From positions 480,001-544,000 of the forward strand of contig CBDBHB010000007.1 in the NCBI GenBank assembly GCA_965205505.1: a stretch of DNA of 64,000 nucleotides, in the 5' to 3' direction. The translations under genes and the position numbers were made by a program. Source of the DNA: Acidobacteriota bacterium (lineage in GTDB: Bacteria; Acidobacteriota; UBA890; WLXD01). Shown here in pieces: positions 60,720 to 64,000 of the stretch; position 1 is the first letter of the stretch, and each line of letters begins with the position of its first letter. The notes beneath the pieces were generated by a model. That model did no database searches and was not told the DNA's origin. It saw nothing but the letters and a program-made list of their open reading frames with translations.

Positions 60720-62378
60720 TTGGCTGACCGGCGTCCAGCCGGGCCAGCAGGCCGTGGTGAAAGTGTGGTGGGTCTGGTTACGGCGAGTTGGGGCCAGATG
60801 GAAGGCGGCCTGACGATGAGGGTGCCATCGCCTCCTCCTCTCTCCTTGCCTCCAACTCGCAAAACCCTGTCGCCAGACCCACCACACTTTCACCACGGCC
60901 TGCTAGAACGCGCCTATCTGGCGGTGGATCTTGGTGCGGGCAGCGGCCGCGTGATGTTGGGACGTCTGAGCGAGGATGCGCTCGAGCTCGAAGAGCTGCA
61001 TCGTTTTGCCCCGCCTGTGGCGTTCGAAGGGGGTCACGAGCGCTGGAAGCTTGACGGCTTGCTGGCCGAGGTCATGACGGGGCTGCACGCCGTGAGCCGG
61101 CAGCAGCTTGTCGATCCCGCCGAGATCCGCAGTGTTGGAGTCGATGGCTGGGGTGTGGACTATGGCCTGCTCGACGATAGCGGAACCCTGATCGAAAACC
61201 CCGTGTGCTATAGGGACCCGAGAACCGACGGGATGCTCGAAGCGCTGCTCGACAAAGTGCCCATGGAGCAGATCTACGCCAGCACTGGCATCCAGCTCAT
61301 GCCGATCAACACGTCGGTACAGATCTTGGCGCAGGTCGAAGCCGGCGAGTGGCCCCCGCAAGCGAAGCGCTTGCTGATGATCCCCGATCTCGTCCATCGT
61401 CACCTGTCGGGAGCTTCCACCGGGGAGGTCACCAACGCTTCGACCACCCAGCTGTTGCACGCCGGGACAAGAGAGTGGGACGCCCAGATGCTTGATGCGG
61501 TCGGCGTGGCGCCGGAGATCATGCCGTCATTGGCTCAGCCCGGCACACGGCTTGGCAGCCTGCTGCCCGAGCACCGAACCTCCACCGGCCTGAGCCGGCT
61601 CGAGGTCGTCGCGCCCGCCACCCATGACACAGCCAGCGCCGTAGCCGGTACGCCACTGAGTGCCGGATGGGCCTTTCTCTCGTCGGGCACCTGGTCGCTG
61701 TTGGGTATTGAAACCGCGGATCCGATTCTTGGCGATGAGGCCCAGCGTCGCAACGTCACCAATGAAGCGGGGGTCTGCGGCACCAACCGCCTGCTGAAGA
61801 ACGTGATGGGGCTTTGGCTGCTCGAGTCCTGCCGACGCGTTTGGGAATCAGAGGGCATCGGGCTCTCCCATGAAGAACTTCTCGGCGGGCTGCAAGGCAC
61901 TGCGATAGGTGACGGGCACATCGACGTGGACGACACGCGCTTCCTCAATCCCGACAACATGGTCGGGGAAATCAGCTCCTACCTGGTAGAGCGTGGGCAG
62001 GCGATACCGGGCTCACCGGCGGGCTTTGCCCGCTTGATTCTCGAATCGTTGGCGTTGCGTTGCGCGCAGGGCCTCGATGACCTGATGACGGTCACGTCGC
62101 AGAAGGTGCGGGGCGTCCACGTCATTGGTGGGGGCAGCCGCAACGATTTCCTCAACCAGGCCCTGGCCAACGCCACCGGCCTCGCGGTGAGAGCCGGCCC
62201 TGTGGAGGCCACCACCATTGGTAATATCGTGGTGCAGGCCATCGCGGACCATGCCCTCGAGGATCAATCCGCGGCCCGCACTTTTGTTGCCGGCACCTCA
62301 ACCGTCCGGGTTTTTCAGCCGCGAGATGCGGATCGCTGGGCCGCGGCGCGCGAGCGCTTTCGGATGACCCCGACCTGA
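60720..62378 (+). CDS. rhaB: Rhamnulokinase with in-frame MITE at the 5' end
   Basis: AVDLGAGSGR, DGWGVDY, YRDPRT, HDTASA, SGTWSL, NVMGLW, GPVEAT. Confidence 0.92.
   Translation: MADRRPAGPAGRGESVVGLVTASWGQMEGGLTMRVPSPPPLSLPPTRKTLSPDPPHFHHGLLERAYLAVDLGAGSGRVMLGRLSEDALELEELHRFAPPVAFEGGHERWKLDGLLAEVMTGLHAVSRQQLVDPAEIRSVGVDGWGVDYGLLDDSGTLIENPVCYRDPRTDGMLEALLDKVPMEQIYASTGIQLMPINTSVQILAQVEAGEWPPQAKRLLMIPDLVHRHLSGASTGEVTNASTTQLLHAGTREWDAQMLDAVGVAPEIMPSLAQPGTRLGSLLPEHRTSTGLSRLEVVAPATHDTASAVAGTPLSAGWAFLSSGTWSLLGIETADPILGDEAQRRNVTNEAGVCGTNRLLKNVMGLWLLESCRRVWESEGIGLSHEELLGGLQGTAIGDGHIDVDDTRFLNPDNMVGEISSYLVERGQAIPGSPAGFARLILESLALRCAQGLDDLMTVTSQKVRGVHVIGGGSRNDFLNQALANATGLAVRAGPVEATTIGNIVVQAIADHALEDQSAARTFVAGTSTVRVFQPRDADRWAAARERFRMTPT
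60748..60902. mobile_element. MITE, 155 bp
   Basis: Perfect 32-bp inverted repeat (60746-60777 and 60873-60904), inner GCGAGTTGG/CCAACTCGC stem, flanks CCAG and CTAG. Confidence 0.85.
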
Positions 62379-62431
62379 CCCATCGTGAGCGCCAGCCGGC
62401 CACACGCTGGAGCGCAATGACTGGAGTAGCA

Positions 62432-62671
62432 ATGAACGGCACTGTACCCAATCGATGGAACGACGAAGACTGCCGGGATTTCTCCCCGCAGGAGTTGCTC
62501 CGCTACCGTTCCAACCTGCTGGCGTCCGACCTCAGGATCACCAACTATGGCGGGGGCAATACCTCGGCCAAGGTGACGATGCAGGACCCGGTGGGTGGCG
62601 AGGACGTGGAGGTTCTGTGGGTCAAGGGCTCCGGCGGCGACCTGGGCAGCATGGGGTTGAGTGGTTTCGCC
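62432..62671 (+). pseudogene. N-terminal fragment of bifunctional rhamnulose-1-phosphate aldolase/dehydrogenase
   Basis: YRSNLLASDLRITNYGGGNTSAK, WVKGSGGDLGS; similarity stops near 62671. Confidence 0.88.
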
Positions 62672-63160
62672 AAAGCCCACGGCGTTGGGCCCGGGGCGAA
62701 GGGGCTGCCCGTAGTCGGTCGGCTCCGCGGAACCGAGCCCGAGGTGCCACTTGCCGACGGCGGCCGTAGCGTAGCCGCTGCGCTGCAGCAGCGACGCCAA
62801 CGTCAGGCGACCCTCTTCGATGAGCGCCGGCGAGTAGCCCTGCAAAACGCGGCTTTTCAGCCGCGTTCTCCAAGCGTACCGTCCGGTGAGAAGACCGTAG
62901 CGGGTGGGCGTGCACACCGCCGATGGTGAATGCGCGTCGATGAAGCGCATCCCCTCGCCGGCGAGCGCGTCGATGTTCGGCGTCGGGATCCGCGAGGCGG
63001 GGTTGTAGCTCCCTGGATCGCCGTAGCCCATGTCGTCGGCGAGAATGACGACGATGTTCGGCAGCTCCCGTGTGGCGGCGCCGCGACCAGCCTGCCGACA
63101 TGCCGATCCGACGAAAACCGTCAGGACAAAGACAAGCACGATGGAGATCGAGGTCTTCAC
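62671..63160 (-). pseudogene. Arylsulfatase, N-terminal fragment
   Basis: PNIVVILADDMGYGD, CTPTR, GKWHLG; ends at GPNAVGF. Confidence 0.88.
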
Positions 63161-63369
63161 CTTGCGGGTAGTGGTCCGGCGGTCGCCGCGCCTTCCGTTG
63201 TCGCTCAGCGCGCACCTCCTTTCAGACGTCAGGTCATCTGCCCCATGTGTTGCGGCCACGTGGTACCTCAGTAGATTGGGGCTTACAAGGGGGGTTGAGG
63301 ACGGCCGCGCAGAGCGCGAGCGACAAGTACTTTTGGACCCTGGCGCTGGAGAGCGTAATAATTCGTGCC

Positions 63370-64000
63370 ATGAGAAGAAACGCCTTGCTGGTATTCGCCC
63401 TGCTGCTCGTTGGCTGTGACGCGCAGGAACGCCCGGTTCCGCAACAATCGCCGACCACGGCAGCGGAACGACCCAATCTGCTGTTCATTATCACCGATGA
63501 TCAGCGCTTCGACATGCTGGGCATCGTGCACCCGTTTCTCGAGACGCCGAATATGGATCGGCTGGCTGGGGAGGGCGTGCGCTTCGAAAACGCCTTCGTA
63601 ACGACGCCCATTTGCGCCGCCAGCCGAGCCAGCCTGCTGACCGGGCTGGTCGAGCGTACCCATCAATACACGTTCGCCACGCCGCCGCTCGCCGAGCGAT
63701 TTGCCGACCGGAGCTATCCCGTCTTGTTGCGGGAGGCTGGCTATCGCACGGGATTTGTCGGCAAATTCGGCGTGAACACGGAGGATGGAGCCGCCGACAA
63801 GATGTTCGACACCTACGAACCCTTCAGCGCGCCCTACCTCAAGGAACAGGAAGACGGGTCGACTCGCCACCTCACCGACATCACCGCCGACAGAGCCATC
63901 GAGTTTCTGAGATCTGGCGATCAAACCAGTCCGTTTGCGCTGACTTTGAGTTTCAACGCGCCTCATGCCGAAGATGCCGACGAAAGACAGTACATCTGGC
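63370..64000 (+). CDS. Sulfatase lipoprotein (runs off window)
   Basis: Manual translation: LVGC lipobox, [31 protein letters not shown]. Confidence 0.92.
   Translation, partial: MRRNALLVFALLLVGCDAQERPVPQQSPTTAAERPNLLFIITDDQRFDMLGIVHPFLETPNMDRLAGEGVRFENAFVTTPICAASRASLLTGLVERTHQYTFATPPLAERFADRSYPVLLREAGYRTGFVGKFGVNTEDGAADKMFDTYEPFSAPYLKEQEDGSTRHLTDITADRAIEFLRSGDQTSPFALTLSFNAPHAEDADERQYIW

Overview
High-GC bacterial DNA in two halves. Left half (1-35.1 kb) is an accessory/defence region. It opens with a satellite-like element (tyrosine integrase 3' end, AlpA, Zn-ribbon primase-like gene, RepA/AAA_25 helicase, a large unknown gene, an ori-like repeat cluster, an HNH nuclease). An island follows, ending in xis-int beside a 5'-degenerate tRNA-fMet. 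The island carries a type 3 BREX locus (brxF-brxC-pglXI-brxHII-pglZ-brxA) damaged by an IS3 insertion, a nonsense codon, a deletion and frameshifts. Directly upstream of BREX and co-oriented with it is a tightly coupled EEP nuclease / SNF2 helicase / Mre11-like nuclease / hook-less Rad50-like ATPase cassette, my best candidate for an undescribed system. Right half (35.1-64 kb) is catabolic: a guanidinase-like ureohydrolase with a Ni transporter, exported hydrolases, yefM-yoeB, xsc-tpa (taurine), three degenerate M24 paralogues, a rhamnose operon with an in-frame MITE in rhaB, and sulfatases. Many 1-bp frameshifts and abrupt gene-to-gene junctions occur throughout; I cannot separate real decay from long-read or assembly error. 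All product calls come from motifs recognised by eye; no database search was run.
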